DNA of 64,000 nucleotides, taken from the NCBI GenBank assembly GCA_963676795.2, contig CAXXTB010000001.1:1184001-1248000 (forward strand), in the 5' to 3' direction. A model generated the notes under the pieces. It was not told the origin of the DNA. It saw nothing but the letters and a program-made list of their open reading frames with translations, and made no database searches. Both the position numbers and the translations under genes were made by a program. Below are positions 1 through 10,897 of this stretch, in pieces. The first letter of the stretch is position 1. Each line of letters starts with the position of its first letter. This stretch comes from Geopsychrobacteraceae bacterium (lineage in GTDB: Bacteria > Desulfobacterota > Desulfuromonadia > Desulfuromonadales > Geopsychrobacteraceae).

Positions 1-1873
1 CTTCCGAGAGCATCGAGTTGAACACATCAAAACGGCTGCCTGCTGCTGCGGCAATACTCTGCAGCGGGGTGTATTCATGGGCCGTCTGGGTATCGTAGAG
101 GGTTGCGTGGCGGTGGTTGAAGGTGCCGCGCCGTGAATCCTGACCGGAGAGGCGGATCGAGGTCCCCTCAAAGACCAGGCTGGCGAAGGCGAGAGCCTCG
201 CCGGTGCCCCAGTCGATGCCGCTGTCTTCATTGACCGATGCCAGGCGTTTTTTGAGCAGGGCATCGATCTTGCGATGGGCATTGAAATCCTCCGGGATGG
301 TCGTCAGCCGGGTGATCAGCTCTTCAACCGTCTCTTTGGCGATACCTGTTTCTACCGGAGCGAAGCTGAATTCACGCTTGATGTGCGACCACTGCTTGAG
401 GAAGATTTCGTGCAGCGGGCAGACCTCCCGCTCCAGGGCGCTCTCGAGCAGGTTGTCGACATCGTCTTCAATCTTGAGCAGTTCATCCTTGGCGAACCCT
501 TCCATCAGCAGCTGGCTCTTGTAGATGTCGGCGGTCGGCGGATGGTTCTTGATCTTTTCGTACATCAGCGGTTGGGTGAAGAACGGTTCGTCCCCCTCGT
601 TGTGGCCGTGACGCCGGTAGCAGATCACCTCGATGACGACATCCTTGCGGAACTGCTGACGATATTCCAGCGCCATGGTCGCCGCCTGGAGCAGTGCTTC
701 CGGATCGTCGCCATGGACATGGAAGATCGGCGCGCCGAGCATCTTGGCGATATCGGTCGGGTAGCAGGTTGATCGGGCATCGACCGGCATGGTGGTGAAA
801 CCGATCTGGTTGTTGATGACCAGATGCAGGGTGCCGCCGGTCTTGTAACCGGCCAGCTGCGAGAGGTTGAGGCACTCGGCGACCATCCCCTGACCGGCAA
901 AGGCGGCGTCGCCGTGAATCAGCAATGGCAGAACGAGCTGCTCGCTGTCCCCCTCGATCCGGTCGATGCGGGCGCGACACTTGCCTTCGACAACCGGGTT
1001 GACCGCTTCGAGGTGGCTCGGATTGGAGGCGAGCGAGATATGCACCGAAGTTCCGTCCGGGTAATAGCGGTCGTTGGAATAGCCCTTGTGGTACTTGACG
1101 TCCCCTTCACCGACGATGTGATAGCGTTCGTTGTCGGCAAATTCGGCGAACATGTTCTCCAGCGGTTTGCGGAAGATGTTGGCCAGGACATTCAGGCGGC
1201 CGCGGTGGGCCATGCCGATGACCACATGCTGGAGCTCAAGGGCTGCCGACTGTTCGATGATATGCTCGAGCAGCGGAATGACCGATTCGCCCCCCTCCAG
1301 GGAGAAGCGTTTCTGGCCGATGAACTTGCGGTGCAGGAAGGTTTCGAACTTGGTCGCGCGCTGCAGCATGGTCAGGATCTCGAGCTTCTTGTCGCGGCTG
1401 AATTGGCTCTTGCTGCGGGTCTCTTCAGCCCTCTGCTGCAACCACTGACGTTCGGCCGGAATGGAGATATGCATGTATTCCATCCCCAGCGAGCGGCAGT
1501 AAGTCTGTTTGAGGACATCGATGATGTCCTTGAGCGGCGCCTCATCGAGAATAAAATCGGCTGGCGCAAAGCTGCGGCTCAGGTCGCTTTCCTCCAGTCC
1601 GAACTCGCTGATCCGGAACAGCGGGTGGTCCAGTTCGCAGGGGGTCAACGGATCGACACAGGCATAGATATGGCCGAGCTCGCGGTAACGGCGGATCATC
1701 GACTGGACAGCCGCCGGTTTCGGGTCGGCACTTAGCGACGGGGTGCTTCCCAGGCCGAGTTCGTAGCCCTTGAAAAAGGCCTGCCACTCTTCAGTCACCT
1801 GCTGCGGATCTTCCCTGTAGAGTTGATACTGGTTTTCCAGCCACTGGGGACTGACATGTTCGACAATGCTCAT
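1..1873 (-). CDS. sucA: 2-oxoglutarate dehydrogenase E1 component (partial; 3' end runs off window)
   Basis: Manual minus-strand translation from ATG at 1873: MSIVEHVSPQWLENQYQLYREDPQQVTEEWQAFFKG. Includes GQKRFSLEG, GMAHRGRLNVL, GDVKYHKG, NPSHLEAVNPV, HGDAAFAGQG, DWGTGEALAF and RLSGQDSRRGTF. Missed by ORF track. Confidence 0.95.
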   Translation of the reverse strand, partial: MSIVEHVSPQWLENQYQLYREDPQQVTEEWQAFFKGYELGLGSTPSLSADPKPAAVQSMIRRYRELGHIYACVDPLTPCELDHPLFRISEFGLEESDLSRSFAPADFILDEAPLKDIIDVLKQTYCRSLGMEYMHISIPAERQWLQQRAEETRSKSQFSRDKKLEILTMLQRATKFETFLHRKFIGQKRFSLEGGESVIPLLEHIIEQSAALELQHVVIGMAHRGRLNVLANIFRKPLENMFAEFADNERYHIVGEGDVKYHKGYSNDRYYPDGTSVHISLASNPSHLEAVNPVVEGKCRARIDRIEGDSEQLVLPLLIHGDAAFAGQGMVAECLNLSQLAGYKTGGTLHLVINNQIGFTTMPVDARSTCYPTDIAKMLGAPIFHVHGDDPEALLQAATMALEYRQQFRKDVVIEVICYRRHGHNEGDEPFFTQPLMYEKIKNHPPTADIYKSQLLMEGFAKDELLKIEDDVDNLLESALEREVCPLHEIFLKQWSHIKREFSFAPVETGIAKETVEELITRLTTIPEDFNAHRKIDALLKKRLASVNEDSGIDWGTGEALAFASLVFEGTSIRLSGQDSRRGTFNHRHATLYDTQTAHEYTPLQSIAAAAGSRFDVFNSMLSE

Positions 1874-2037
1874 TTCACGACTCACATTCGTCTATAGGTC
1901 ACAGGTTGAGACGGTTAAATTAAATATATGGATCTGAAAGAGTATAGAGCAGGCGGATTTTTGCTGCAATCCAATGTGGGCAACAATGATAGAAATATGA
2001 CAAAAATTATCAAAAATTAGAAATAGTAAATATCTTG

Positions 2038-2067
2038 TTGACAGAAGAGCCACCGGTTTGTTACCTT
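2038..2067 (+). promoter_or_regulatory. possible sigma70 promoter for small gene at 2100
   Basis: TTGACA-N18-TACCTT with extended TG. Confidence 0.3.
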
Positions 2068-2099
2068 CACACTTAGATCATTGTCTGAAAGGGGAACTT

Positions 2100-2282
2100 A
2101 TGGACGTATCCAATTCAATGGATTCGGCTGCTCTCTACGATTCTACGCTCAAAAAAGCCGCTGGTTACGATGTCTTTACCAGGACAACCGAGAAAACCAA
2201 GCAGATGGAAGAAAATGAGCAGATGCGTTTGCAGATTGCGGAACAGACAGGTAAAGGTCTCAATCTCGATGTGACCGCCTGA
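2100..2282 (+). CDS. small hypothetical protein (C-terminus resembles YjfB/putative motility proteins)
   Basis: AAGGGG RBS; 60 aa ending GKGLNLDVTA; followed by a terminator. Confidence 0.65.
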   Translation: MDVSNSMDSAALYDSTLKKAAGYDVFTRTTEKTKQMEENEQMRLQIAEQTGKGLNLDVTA

Positions 2283-2307
2283 CTATTGGTATTTTAAATA
2301 GATGATT

Positions 2308-2343
2308 AAACCCTGTGCTTCGCACCAAAGCACAGGGTTTTTT
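2308..2343. terminator. bidirectional intrinsic terminator
   Basis: AAACCCTGTGCTT-loop-AAGCACAGGGTTT plus T-run, between convergent genes. Confidence 0.85.
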
Positions 2344-2347
2344 GTTT

Positions 2348-4042
2348 TTAGCCGGGCTGGGTGCTGAGGCTGGTCAAACAGCTTTGTACCGGGGAAAAAT
2401 ATTGCAGCATCCGGTGCATCTGTTCTGCCTGGCTTGACAGCTCTTCAGCTGCAGCAGCACTTTCTTCTGCGCTTGCCGTATTCTTCTGTGATGCCTCGTC
2501 GATGCGCGTCAGACCCTGACTGATCTGGGCTATGCCCTGTGACTGTTCCTGCGAGGCATCGGATATCTCTCTGACCAGATCGGTGACCTGACTGATCCCG
2601 GCGACAATGTTATTGAAGGCCTGTGATGACCGGTTGGCCAGATCGGTTCCCTGGAGAATTCGTCCGCTGGACAATTTGGTGATTTCGCTTGTCTCTGCCG
2701 CAGCTTTGGCGCTTCTCATTGCCAGCTTGCGCACTTCCTCTGCGACGACGGCGAAGCCCTTGCCATGTTGGCCGGCCCGCGCTGCTTCTACGGCCGCGTT
2801 CAGAGCCAGCAGGTTGGTCTGAAATGCGATGTCGTTTATAACACTGGTGATCTTTTCAATGTTCTGACTGTCGTTTTTGATTTCATCGATTGCTGAAACC
2901 ATCGACTGAATCTGTTCATGGCCTGTTGCTGCATGGTTCTGGACCTGGTTGACGAGTATTCGGGCTCTGTTGGAATTGTCCGAATTGGCTTTGATCTGAG
3001 ACGCGATCTGTTGAACTGCGGCGGTCATTTCCTCAAGGGTACTCGCCTGCTCGGTTGCACTTTGTGACAGGTTCTGGCTGATTTCCGAAACCTGAGAGCT
3101 TCCTGAGGCAATCTGTCTACCGGCATTCTGCATCTGGCCGACCATGTTACTGAGGGTCATATTGGCTTTCTCCAGCGGTGTGCGTATGACTCCCTGAGCT
3201 TTAAAGGTCAGGTTTCCCGAGGCGATAGAATTGAATGCAGCGACCACTTCATCGCGCAAATTGTCTGCAAAACGGTTTAGGGTCTGGGCCAGGACACCGA
3301 CCTCGTCCTGGTGTTTGATGCAGACCCGGCGCTCAAGATCGCCCTGTTCGAGGCTGTTGATCATACCGACAGTCTGTTGCAGAGGTTTGGCAATGGAGCG
3401 GATCAGGCTGTAACCGAGGATAACAACGACAATGCTGAGGATGGCGCAGAGGATGACCGCTCCCGATTCCAGCGATTTCGACATGTCCTGTAAGGACTGC
3501 AGCGAAAGGGTCAAGCCTTCTGTCTGCTGGTTGATGAATGGAGTCAGGGCTTCGGCCAGAGAGGAGGCAGCTGCATCGAATTCTGCCATGTGCGGATTTC
3601 CTCCCGCCGGACCGCCATTGATGTAGGCCTGGGCCATTGTGATCCCGGTCGTGTAGTAGGAGAGGACCCGCTGGCGCAAGTTACTGACAGCTTGCAGGCC
3701 TGTCCGATCACCAGTGTTGTGATAGAGCTGTTCAAAACGCGTTAGCCCTGAGAGAAAGGAGTTGTAACTGGCTTCGGCTTCAGCAAAGCCCTCGTCGAGG
3801 CCGTCCTTTGCCCGTGTCGCCGAAATGTCTGTCAACCACTGTTGAATCTGGATGACATTGAGAGCCATCTCAGATGCGAGAAAGGCGAAAGGCTGATTGA
3901 CGGTCAAAATCTGTTCGCCGCTTTCATAGACCTGTTTGCTGAAACGGTATGTCCAGGTGCCAAAAAAGATTGTCAGCAGGAGAAGAGCGATAAAGCTCAG
4001 GGAGATCTTTTTGGCAATAGACAAGTTCATCAGGTAAGACAT
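2348..4042 (-). CDS. methyl-accepting chemotaxis protein (2 TM, HAMP, MA domain)
   Basis: [34 protein letters not shown] signature; start at MSYL after AAGGAGG RBS. Confidence 0.95.
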   Translation of the reverse strand: MSYLMNLSIAKKISLSFIALLLLTIFFGTWTYRFSKQVYESGEQILTVNQPFAFLASEMALNVIQIQQWLTDISATRAKDGLDEGFAEAEASYNSFLSGLTRFEQLYHNTGDRTGLQAVSNLRQRVLSYYTTGITMAQAYINGGPAGGNPHMAEFDAAASSLAEALTPFINQQTEGLTLSLQSLQDMSKSLESGAVILCAILSIVVVILGYSLIRSIAKPLQQTVGMINSLEQGDLERRVCIKHQDEVGVLAQTLNRFADNLRDEVVAAFNSIASGNLTFKAQGVIRTPLEKANMTLSNMVGQMQNAGRQIASGSSQVSEISQNLSQSATEQASTLEEMTAAVQQIASQIKANSDNSNRARILVNQVQNHAATGHEQIQSMVSAIDEIKNDSQNIEKITSVINDIAFQTNLLALNAAVEAARAGQHGKGFAVVAEEVRKLAMRSAKAAAETSEITKLSSGRILQGTDLANRSSQAFNNIVAGISQVTDLVREISDASQEQSQGIAQISQGLTRIDEASQKNTASAEESAAAAEELSSQAEQMHRMLQYFSPVQSCLTSLSTQPG

Positions 4043-4190
4043 GTTGCCCTCCTTGGTTCGAGACTTGTTCTGTGTTGCCGTAAAAAATTTGGAGAAGAAA
4101 AGGTCGCAGAAAACAGTTTCTGCGACCTTGGGGATTTGAGTCAAGATCTGTTAGGAATAATTATTATCAGGCGGACTGTTCGTCCGTTGT

Positions 4191-5057
4191 TTATTTCTGG
4201 CTGGAATTGAACTGTTCTTCGGCATGGTATGAAGAGCGAACCAGCGGGCCCGCTTCGACATGGTCGAAGCCGAGCGCTTTGCCTTTTTCGGCGTAAGCGG
4301 CAAATTCCTCAGGTGTGACATAGCGCTGGACCGGGTAGTGCTGGCGGGTCGGCGCCAGGTACTGGCCGAGGGTCAGCAGCCGGCAGTGGTGATCACGCAG
4401 GTCCTCCATGACATGCAGGACCTCGGCTTCGGTCTCGCCCATGCCGAGCATCAGTCCCGATTTGGTGACGATCTCCGGGTGGCGTCTGTGGACTTCGGCG
4501 ATCAGTTCCAGCGAGCGTTCATAGACGGCTTCGGGACGAACTTCCGGGTAGAGACGCGGTACCGTTTCGGTATTGTGGCCGAGGATATTGGGCCCTGCGG
4601 CAAGGATGATTTCCAGTGAATCCCAGTCGCCCTGCAGGTCGGGGATCAGCAACTCGATCCGGCAGTCGCTGCGTCTGCGGATTTCTTCAATCAGGCTGGC
4701 AAAGTGGCTCGCCCCGCCATCGTGAAGGTCATCGCGGGTGACCGAGGTGATGACCGCGTGTTTCAACTCCAGTTCGGCAATCGCTTCGGCGACCTTGGCC
4801 GGTTCCTGCGGGTCGGGAGCGGGCAGGGCACCGCTGGTGACGTTGCAGAAGCGGCAGTGACGGCTGCACTGGTCGCCGAGGATCATGAAGGTCGCAGTTC
4901 CCTTGCTCCAGCATTCTCCCTGATTCGGACAGGCCGCGCTGCGGCAGACCGAATGAAGGCCGTGCTGACGGTGGAAGCGGTCGATTTTGGCGAAATGTTT
5001 GCCGGCCGGAAATTTAACCTTCAGCCAGTCCGGTTTACGTAATTTTTCAGTCGTCAT
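4191..5057 (-). CDS. lipA: lipoyl synthase
   Basis: Cx4Cx5C (CRSAACPNQGEC), CxxxCxxC (CSRHCRFC) and C-terminal VRSSYHA. Confidence 0.97.
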   Translation of the reverse strand: MTTEKLRKPDWLKVKFPAGKHFAKIDRFHRQHGLHSVCRSAACPNQGECWSKGTATFMILGDQCSRHCRFCNVTSGALPAPDPQEPAKVAEAIAELELKHAVITSVTRDDLHDGGASHFASLIEEIRRRSDCRIELLIPDLQGDWDSLEIILAAGPNILGHNTETVPRLYPEVRPEAVYERSLELIAEVHRRHPEIVTKSGLMLGMGETEAEVLHVMEDLRDHHCRLLTLGQYLAPTRQHYPVQRYVTPEEFAAYAEKGKALGFDHVEAGPLVRSSYHAEEQFNSSQK

Positions 5058-5105
5058 GGATCTGTTGTCCTGCTCTTGCGGCGGGGGTGAAGCTCTCTTG
5101 CAAAT

Positions 5106-5157
5106 AAAAAACCCGATTGTATCACCTGGATAGGTGAATGGTTACAATCGGGTTTTT
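5106..5157 (-). terminator. intrinsic terminator downstream of rubredoxin
   Basis: AAAAACCCGATTGTA...TACAATCGGGTTTTT inverted repeat. Confidence 0.75.
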
Positions 5158-5179
5158 CGGTCCTGTCTGTCAATCGATT

Positions 5180-5338
5180 TTATGCAGGCTCGAAGTTGCT
5201 TTTGTCGACACCGCAGAGAGGGCAGACCCAATCCTCTGGCAGATCTTCAAATGCGGTTCCCGGATCGATGCCGCTATCCGGATCGCCAACTTCGGGGTCA
5301 TAGATATAGTCACAAACAACACAACGGTACTTTTGCAT
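5180..5338 (-). CDS. rubredoxin (52 aa)
   Basis: Manual translation [52 protein letters not shown]; two CxxC; AAGGAGG RBS; absent from ORF track. Confidence 0.97.
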   Translation of the reverse strand: MQKYRCVVCDYIYDPEVGDPDSGIDPGTAFEDLPEDWVCPLCGVDKSNFEPA

Positions 5339-5437
5339 CGGCTCCTCCTTCGAGAAAAATAAGATTGCTGGACGATACCAGAATTGGATATTGATTACAA
5401 CTCCGGTAACGATTCTTTCTCACTTTGGTTTGAGCGC

Positions 5438-6097
5438 TCAAACCATTGCCAACAGCTCCTTGACGGTCGCTTCGATACCCTCTGCTGCTTCGCTGATTCT
5501 CCCGGCCAGCATATAGGCCGGTGAGGTGATGATCTTGTTCTTTTTGTCGACCACGCACTCGCGGACCGGGCAGCTGATATGTTCTGCTCCCATACTGTTC
5601 AGGGCGCCGGCGGTTCCTTCATCGGTGCCGATGGTCAGCTGGGGAGAGAGCTTGTCCGCCCCCAGCACCTGAGCGAGGATCGCCGGAGCGATACAGACTG
5701 CCGCGATCGGTTTGTGGGACGTCGCCATCTCGCGGATCAGGCGGGCAACCTCCGGATTGACATTGCAGTCCGCGCCCTTGACGGCGAAGTTGCACAAATT
5801 TTTAGCTGCGCCAAAGCCGCCGGGAATCATCAGGGCATCGAGATCTCCGGCACTGACAGTTGCGATATCGGCGATATTGCCGCGGGCGATCCGGGCTGAT
5901 TCTTCGAGAACGTTACGGGTTTGCCCCTTGTCCTCCTCACCGGTCAGGTGATTGACAACATTGAGGTCAACGTTCGGTGCCATCATGACAATCTCTGCTC
6001 CGGCACGGTCGAGGGCGAGCAGGCTGATCACCGTTTCGTGAATTTCGCTGCCGTCGTAAACGCCGCAGCCGGCAAGGATAACTCCAACTTTAGCCAT
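5438..6097 (-). CDS. elbB: ElbB-like glyoxalase (DJ-1/ES1 family)
   Basis: GCGVYDGSEIHE, ESARIARG, PGGFGAAKNL, CIAP and TSPAYM motifs. Confidence 0.92.
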   Translation of the reverse strand: MAKVGVILAGCGVYDGSEIHETVISLLALDRAGAEIVMMAPNVDLNVVNHLTGEEDKGQTRNVLEESARIARGNIADIATVSAGDLDALMIPGGFGAAKNLCNFAVKGADCNVNPEVARLIREMATSHKPIAAVCIAPAILAQVLGADKLSPQLTIGTDEGTAGALNSMGAEHISCPVRECVVDKKNKIITSPAYMLAGRISEAAEGIEATVKELLAMV

Positions 6098-6182
6098 GTT
6101 ATGCCTCCTGGAAAAAACGTCTGTTTACTCGGATAGGATTCAATAGTAACAAATTTGCCCTGTTCTGAAAGTCAGTTGTTTG

Positions 6183-6776
6183 TTAATTCCTCGGATAGAG
6201 GACGGCGATTCCGCGTGCCACCTGGCCGCCGACCGCTTTGAGGCAGTGGGGTTCCTTGGAATCCCAATAGACCGAATCCCCCTGCTCGAGAAGATATTTC
6301 TTGCCACCGTGCATCAGCTCAATGCTCCCTTCGAGGATATAGAAAAATTCCTCGCCAGGGTGCTGAACCGGGGTCGGCTGAACATCCGGATTCGGGTCGA
6401 ACTCCACCAGGAAGGGTTCCATGTGCTTGTGTTTTCGACCAAAAGCCAGTGAGTGATATGCGTACGGCTGGAGAGGCGCGTTGTGATCAGAGAGGCGCGG
6501 TTGCAGGCTCCCCTGGCCGGCTTTGACCACCTGACACTTCTGGCTGCTGTCATTCTCTTCAAAAAAGGTCTGCAGCGGAACCTTGAGCGCCTTGGCGATG
6601 CGCAGCAGGGTTGCCAGGGGGGGAATGACCTGGTCGTTTTCGATCTGTGACAGTAACGGTTTTGACAGCTCGGTCTCCTGAGACAGATCCTGCAGGGTCA
6701 ACCGCTGCTGCTGCCTGAAATGGCGGATAGTCCGGCCGATCTGCAGTTCTTTCACCTCTTCTCTGAATTCATCCAT
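6183..6776 (-). CDS. XRE-family HTH regulator with cupin domain
   Basis: N-terminal HTH (LTLQDLSQETELSKPLLSQIEN) and cupin HPGEEFFYILEG. Confidence 0.92.
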   Translation of the reverse strand: MDEFREEVKELQIGRTIRHFRQQQRLTLQDLSQETELSKPLLSQIENDQVIPPLATLLRIAKALKVPLQTFFEENDSSQKCQVVKAGQGSLQPRLSDHNAPLQPYAYHSLAFGRKHKHMEPFLVEFDPNPDVQPTPVQHPGEEFFYILEGSIELMHGGKKYLLEQGDSVYWDSKEPHCLKAVGGQVARGIAVLYPRN

Positions 6777-6936
6777 AAGTGCTCCCTGGCTTGTTTAGTC
6801 CCACTAAACTTTTACCGACGAAAATTTGATTCGTCAAGCTTGAGCGCTCAGATAATGAGTTGGAAGGTCCGGGCCGCTGTGGTAGAAGTGAACGGGTATG
6901 AAGAGTTATGATGCAATTGAAGATCGGGACGAGAGC

Positions 6937-7674
6937 ATGACAACGCAGAATCGCAGGCCGCCTGTCAAGGCGGTTCTTTTTGATCTCGACGGCACACTGA
7001 TTCGGGCGCAGATGAATGAATTTGTTGTTCGTTACGTGGACAGCTTGGCCAACCGCTGTAAAGACTGGGTGAAACCGAAAAAATTTGCGCCGACCATGGG
7101 GCGGATCATTCATGAGCTGATCCATGTCACCGGTGACGGGATCGCGACCAACGAGCAGCGCTTTTTTAGCCGGATGAAGGCGGAAGTCGCCATCGAGGAG
7201 GAACCGCTGAGGGGGGCTCTCGACGATTTCATCAAGGACGGGCTGGCCGGACTTCAGGGGCTTGTCAGACCGATTCCACTGGCGGTCAGTATTGTCGATG
7301 AATTGAAAGGCATGGGCGTGCCGCTGGTACTGGCGACCAACCCGGTTTTTCCAAAAGTCATGGTCGAGGCGCGCATGGCCTGGGGCGAACTACAGACCGG
7401 TTCTTTCGTGCATATCAGCAGTATCGAAAACAGTTATTTCTGCAAGCCGCAGGCCGGGTATTTCACGGCGGTCGCGGAGATGCTCGGCCTTGAACCGCAG
7501 GAATGCCTGATGGTCGGCAATGACATCAATCATGACCTGGCTGCTGTCGCCGTGGGTATGCGAGCCTTTCTGGTCGATACCTGGGTCGTTGATCGCGGCG
7601 AACAGGAATGGCCCTATGATGAGCGCGGCGACCACAGCGCGCTGTTACGTTATCTCCGTCAGCAGCTGAGCTGA
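6937..7674 (+). CDS. HAD family hydrolase
   Basis: FDLDGTL, LATNP, KP and MVGNDINHD motifs; start could be 6898. Confidence 0.9.
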   Translation: MTTQNRRPPVKAVLFDLDGTLIRAQMNEFVVRYVDSLANRCKDWVKPKKFAPTMGRIIHELIHVTGDGIATNEQRFFSRMKAEVAIEEEPLRGALDDFIKDGLAGLQGLVRPIPLAVSIVDELKGMGVPLVLATNPVFPKVMVEARMAWGELQTGSFVHISSIENSYFCKPQAGYFTAVAEMLGLEPQECLMVGNDINHDLAAVAVGMRAFLVDTWVVDRGEQEWPYDERGDHSALLRYLRQQLS

Positions 7675-7691
7675 CGCGCGAATAGAAGAAG

Positions 7692-8228
7692 GTGGTAGCT
7701 GTGAGCAAGCTGAAAGAAGAGATCATTCATCACGGTCGGATCCTCGATCTGGCCCGGGAGACCCACCTCATGCCCGACCAGCGTGAGGCGACTTTTGAAA
7801 TTATTCAGCATCCGGGAGGCGCCGCAGCTCTGCCGGTGCTTGACGATGGCAGCCTGCTGCTGATCCGCCAGTTCCGTCCCGCTGCTCAGGCTTTTCTTTA
7901 CGAGGTCCCGGCCGGGCGTCTGGAAGAAGGGGAAGACGCTGCTGAGTCAGTCATCCGCGAACTGCAGGAAGAGGTCGGCATGCTCGCCTCCGAGGTCGAG
8001 TCGCTGGGTTTTGTCTACAGCTCAGTCGGATACTGCACCGAGAAGATTCATCTGTTTATCGCCCGGAAGATGACCGCAGTTGAGACGGCGTTGGAGGCTG
8101 ATGAGTTTATCGAACCGGTGCGGGTCAGCCTGGAAAAGGCCCTCGAGATGGTGACCGACGGTACGATTATCGATTCGAAAACCCAGCTTGCCATTCTGCG
8201 TTATGCCCAATTTCTGAAAGAACTCTGA
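7692..8228 (+). CDS. NUDIX hydrolase (ADP-ribose pyrophosphatase-like)
   Basis: Nudix box PAGRLEEGE..RELQEEVG; HPGGAA. Confidence 0.9.
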   Translation: MVAVSKLKEEIIHHGRILDLARETHLMPDQREATFEIIQHPGGAAALPVLDDGSLLLIRQFRPAAQAFLYEVPAGRLEEGEDAAESVIRELQEEVGMLASEVESLGFVYSSVGYCTEKIHLFIARKMTAVETALEADEFIEPVRVSLEKALEMVTDGTIIDSKTQLAILRYAQFLKEL

Positions 8229-9103
8229 TGGACTCTCTATCCCCTGTTGACCTGCCGTTTAACCGCCGCTGCCTGGATGACAATTTTGAATTCAAAGTCC
8301 CTGATCAGGATCCCGGTGGGCCCGGTCTCTGGCTGGTGGTCGGCCAGGGGAATGTCTACCTTGCAGAAACAGCGACGGGACTCACTCTTCCCGCGGGGGA
8401 GCAGCCCTTGGCCGGTAAGTTCGCCCCCCTCTATATCGGCCAGTGGCAAGGGCAACCCTGCCGCCTGCTGGTCCTTGCTAAGGGGCAGACGCTGCCGGAG
8501 CTGCTGGTTGCTCAGTCGCTGCGCAGTTCGGCGGTCGAGATCGACCTGGCGTTGATCAGTTTTGCCGGCTTGGGAGTTGCTATCGGCCACTGGGAACAGG
8601 TCAGCCAGTTCTGTGGCGACTGCGGCGGGACGATGACGCGCATTCCCGGAGAATGGGGGAAAAAGTGCGGCGGCTGCGGCGCTAGCCACTATCCCCGTAT
8701 CCACCCCTGTGTTATCGGTCTGATCGTGCGCGGCGATGAAGTCCTGCTCGCTCGTAAGGCGGAATGGCCGGCCGGCCGCTATAGTTTGATCGCCGGCTTT
8801 GTCGATTTCGGCGAATGCCTGGAGGAGGCGATGGAGCGCGAAGCGCTGGAGGAGACCAACATCCGGATCAAGAATGTCCGCTACGTCGGTAGTCAGTCCT
8901 GGCCATTCCCCAGCCAGCTGATGTGCGGCTTTGTCGCCGATTACGCCGGCGGCGAGATCAACCTGAACGATCAGGAGCTGGAGGACGCCCGCTGGTTCAA
9001 ACTGGATGCCCTGCCTGATCTGCCGCCGAAGCGGAGTATTTCACGCTATATTATCGATCATGCCGCCAGCCTTTCGGGATTGATGAGCGCTGAGCTGTTG
9101 TGA
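8228..9103 (+). CDS. nudC: NAD(+) diphosphatase
   Basis: Zn finger FCGDCG..CGGC, Nudix box and SQSWPFPSQLM signature; TGATG coupling to upstream gene. Confidence 0.93.
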   Translation: MDSLSPVDLPFNRRCLDDNFEFKVPDQDPGGPGLWLVVGQGNVYLAETATGLTLPAGEQPLAGKFAPLYIGQWQGQPCRLLVLAKGQTLPELLVAQSLRSSAVEIDLALISFAGLGVAIGHWEQVSQFCGDCGGTMTRIPGEWGKKCGGCGASHYPRIHPCVIGLIVRGDEVLLARKAEWPAGRYSLIAGFVDFGECLEEAMEREALEETNIRIKNVRYVGSQSWPFPSQLMCGFVADYAGGEINLNDQELEDARWFKLDALPDLPPKRSISRYIIDHAASLSGLMSAELL

Positions 9104-9777
9104 CCCGCTGCGCCTTTTGTTTCTTTTCCGAATCGGCACTGCAAGGGCAGTCGCTGATTCTGTCATTGCTGAAATAGTTTGAATATTGTCATTTTTGTCA
9201 AAATAACTGTCTGAAACATGTCATTTCCTCCATGTTGCTTTCGGGTCCTTTCTCCTCCAATTTGTCTCAGAACGGGATAAGTGTCTGTTATAAAATCTGA
9301 ATTACGCATTTTTTGAATTTTTCGACCTGTCGTCTGTCATTGTCAGGGTGTAGCAGAATTCACTCGATTTATATGTATAAACACACAAAAGATCTGCCTA
9401 TTTATATGAATCCCTCCAATAGGAAAAGTCTTTCAATATTGATAACGTAAGTCGCGTTGATTCGGGTTCTTTCATCTACGTCAGGATATTTTGTTTCTCT
9501 ATACAGGCTGTGGAACGTGCATCAGGTCGGGGTTGACTTGGTCTGTGCCACTCGTTTGATGACTGGAAGCTACTCCCTCCAGTTTCCTGTCATTAGAGGG
9601 GGAGTGCTTGTTCTCTCCCCCTTGTTTTCAATTCAGTTGCGACAGCTGGTTTCCGGGGACCTGATATTGCTGACTAATCAATTTGTCTTGCAGGAATAAC
9701 TGGACGGCGAAGTTTTTTGATGGTTTTGAGCTGCCATCCACGATGGCAAAATATCAATCATGACACGGGAGGAAATG

Positions 9778-10830
9778 ATGGGAAAAGTGAGGATCTCAGG
9801 AAGACTGATTGCTTTGCTGCTGCTGGCGGTTTGCTTAAGCCTGCCGCAAACTGTTTTAGCCAGGGAGTCCAGGCTGTCGTTCAGTGCGGCTCACGGTCCG
9901 ACAGCGGTTCATACGCGCGTCACCGAGGCGTGGATTGCCGAACTTGAAGACATGGTCGGCGACAAGGTGAAGGTCGATCTCTACCCGGGGCAGAGCCTGA
10001 TCAAATTGCCCCAGACCTTTGATGGCGTGGAAAACGGTATGGTCAGTATCGGTCATAGTGTTCTGCAGTACACCAGAGGTCGGTTTCCGGTGATGGATTT
10101 CATCAACCTGCCACTCGGCTACCCGAGTGGGCCGGTCGCAACTGCAATCATCAACGAGGTTGTTGACAAATTCGATCCTCAGGAGCTGAAGAGCGTGAAG
10201 CTTCTTTATGTTCATGCGACAGGACCTGGCTACATTCACGTCAAAGGACGGAGTGTCACCAAAATGGAGGATCTGCAGGGGCTCAAGATCCGTTCTAATG
10301 GGCCGATTGCCGAAATGTTGAAAGCTCTGGGAGCGACCCCGGTTTCCTTGCCGATGCCGGAACTTTATCAGGCGCTGCAAAAGGGTGTTGTTCATGGGGG
10401 TGTCTGGGATTTTTCAGCAAGCGTCGACTGGAAGCTGGCCGAAGTTGCCGACATGACCATTGTTGCTAAGGATACCGCATACTCACTCGGTTTCTTTGTC
10501 GCCATGAACAAGGACGCTTGGAATGGTCTGGATCCCGAGGTACAGCAGGCAATCGACAGTTTGCGCCTCAAGTACATCAAGAAGCACGGTCAGGCCTGGG
10601 CTGATTACGATCAAGGCGGAATCGAGTTTGAAAAGAAGTTGGGCAATAGCATCGTTGAGATCGATGCCAATGAATCAAAGAGATGGCGTGCCAAGGTTCA
10701 GCCGGTAGTCGATGCCTATATTGCCGATTGCGAGGCGAAAGGGCTGCCTGGCAAGGAGGTTATCGCTTATGTTGAACAGCGCATCAAGGATGCCGAAGAA
10801 GGGCACTTTGTAAGCCAATATCTGGATTAA
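9778..10830 (+). CDS. TRAP transporter substrate-binding protein (DctP family)
   Basis: Signal peptide; EDLQGLKIR, LGATPVSLPMPELYQALQKGVV and VAMNKDAWNGL; GGAGG RBS. Confidence 0.93.
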   Translation: MGKVRISGRLIALLLLAVCLSLPQTVLARESRLSFSAAHGPTAVHTRVTEAWIAELEDMVGDKVKVDLYPGQSLIKLPQTFDGVENGMVSIGHSVLQYTRGRFPVMDFINLPLGYPSGPVATAIINEVVDKFDPQELKSVKLLYVHATGPGYIHVKGRSVTKMEDLQGLKIRSNGPIAEMLKALGATPVSLPMPELYQALQKGVVHGGVWDFSASVDWKLAEVADMTIVAKDTAYSLGFFVAMNKDAWNGLDPEVQQAIDSLRLKYIKKHGQAWADYDQGGIEFEKKLGNSIVEIDANESKRWRAKVQPVVDAYIADCEAKGLPGKEVIAYVEQRIKDAEEGHFVSQYLD

Positions 10831-10839
10831 TACCATCCG

Positions 10840-10897
10840 CCGATCATGCACCGGAATGCCTGTCTTGAGAGCTTTTCCGGTGCATGATCGGTTTTTT
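10840..10897 (+). terminator. intrinsic terminator
   Basis: CCGATCATGCACCGGAA...TTCCGGTGCATGATCGG plus T6. Confidence 0.85.

Noticed and set aside
204..1787. Several ORF-track entries (e.g. 275..772, 824..1735)
   Set aside because: Antisense or out-of-frame shadows of partial sucA on the minus strand
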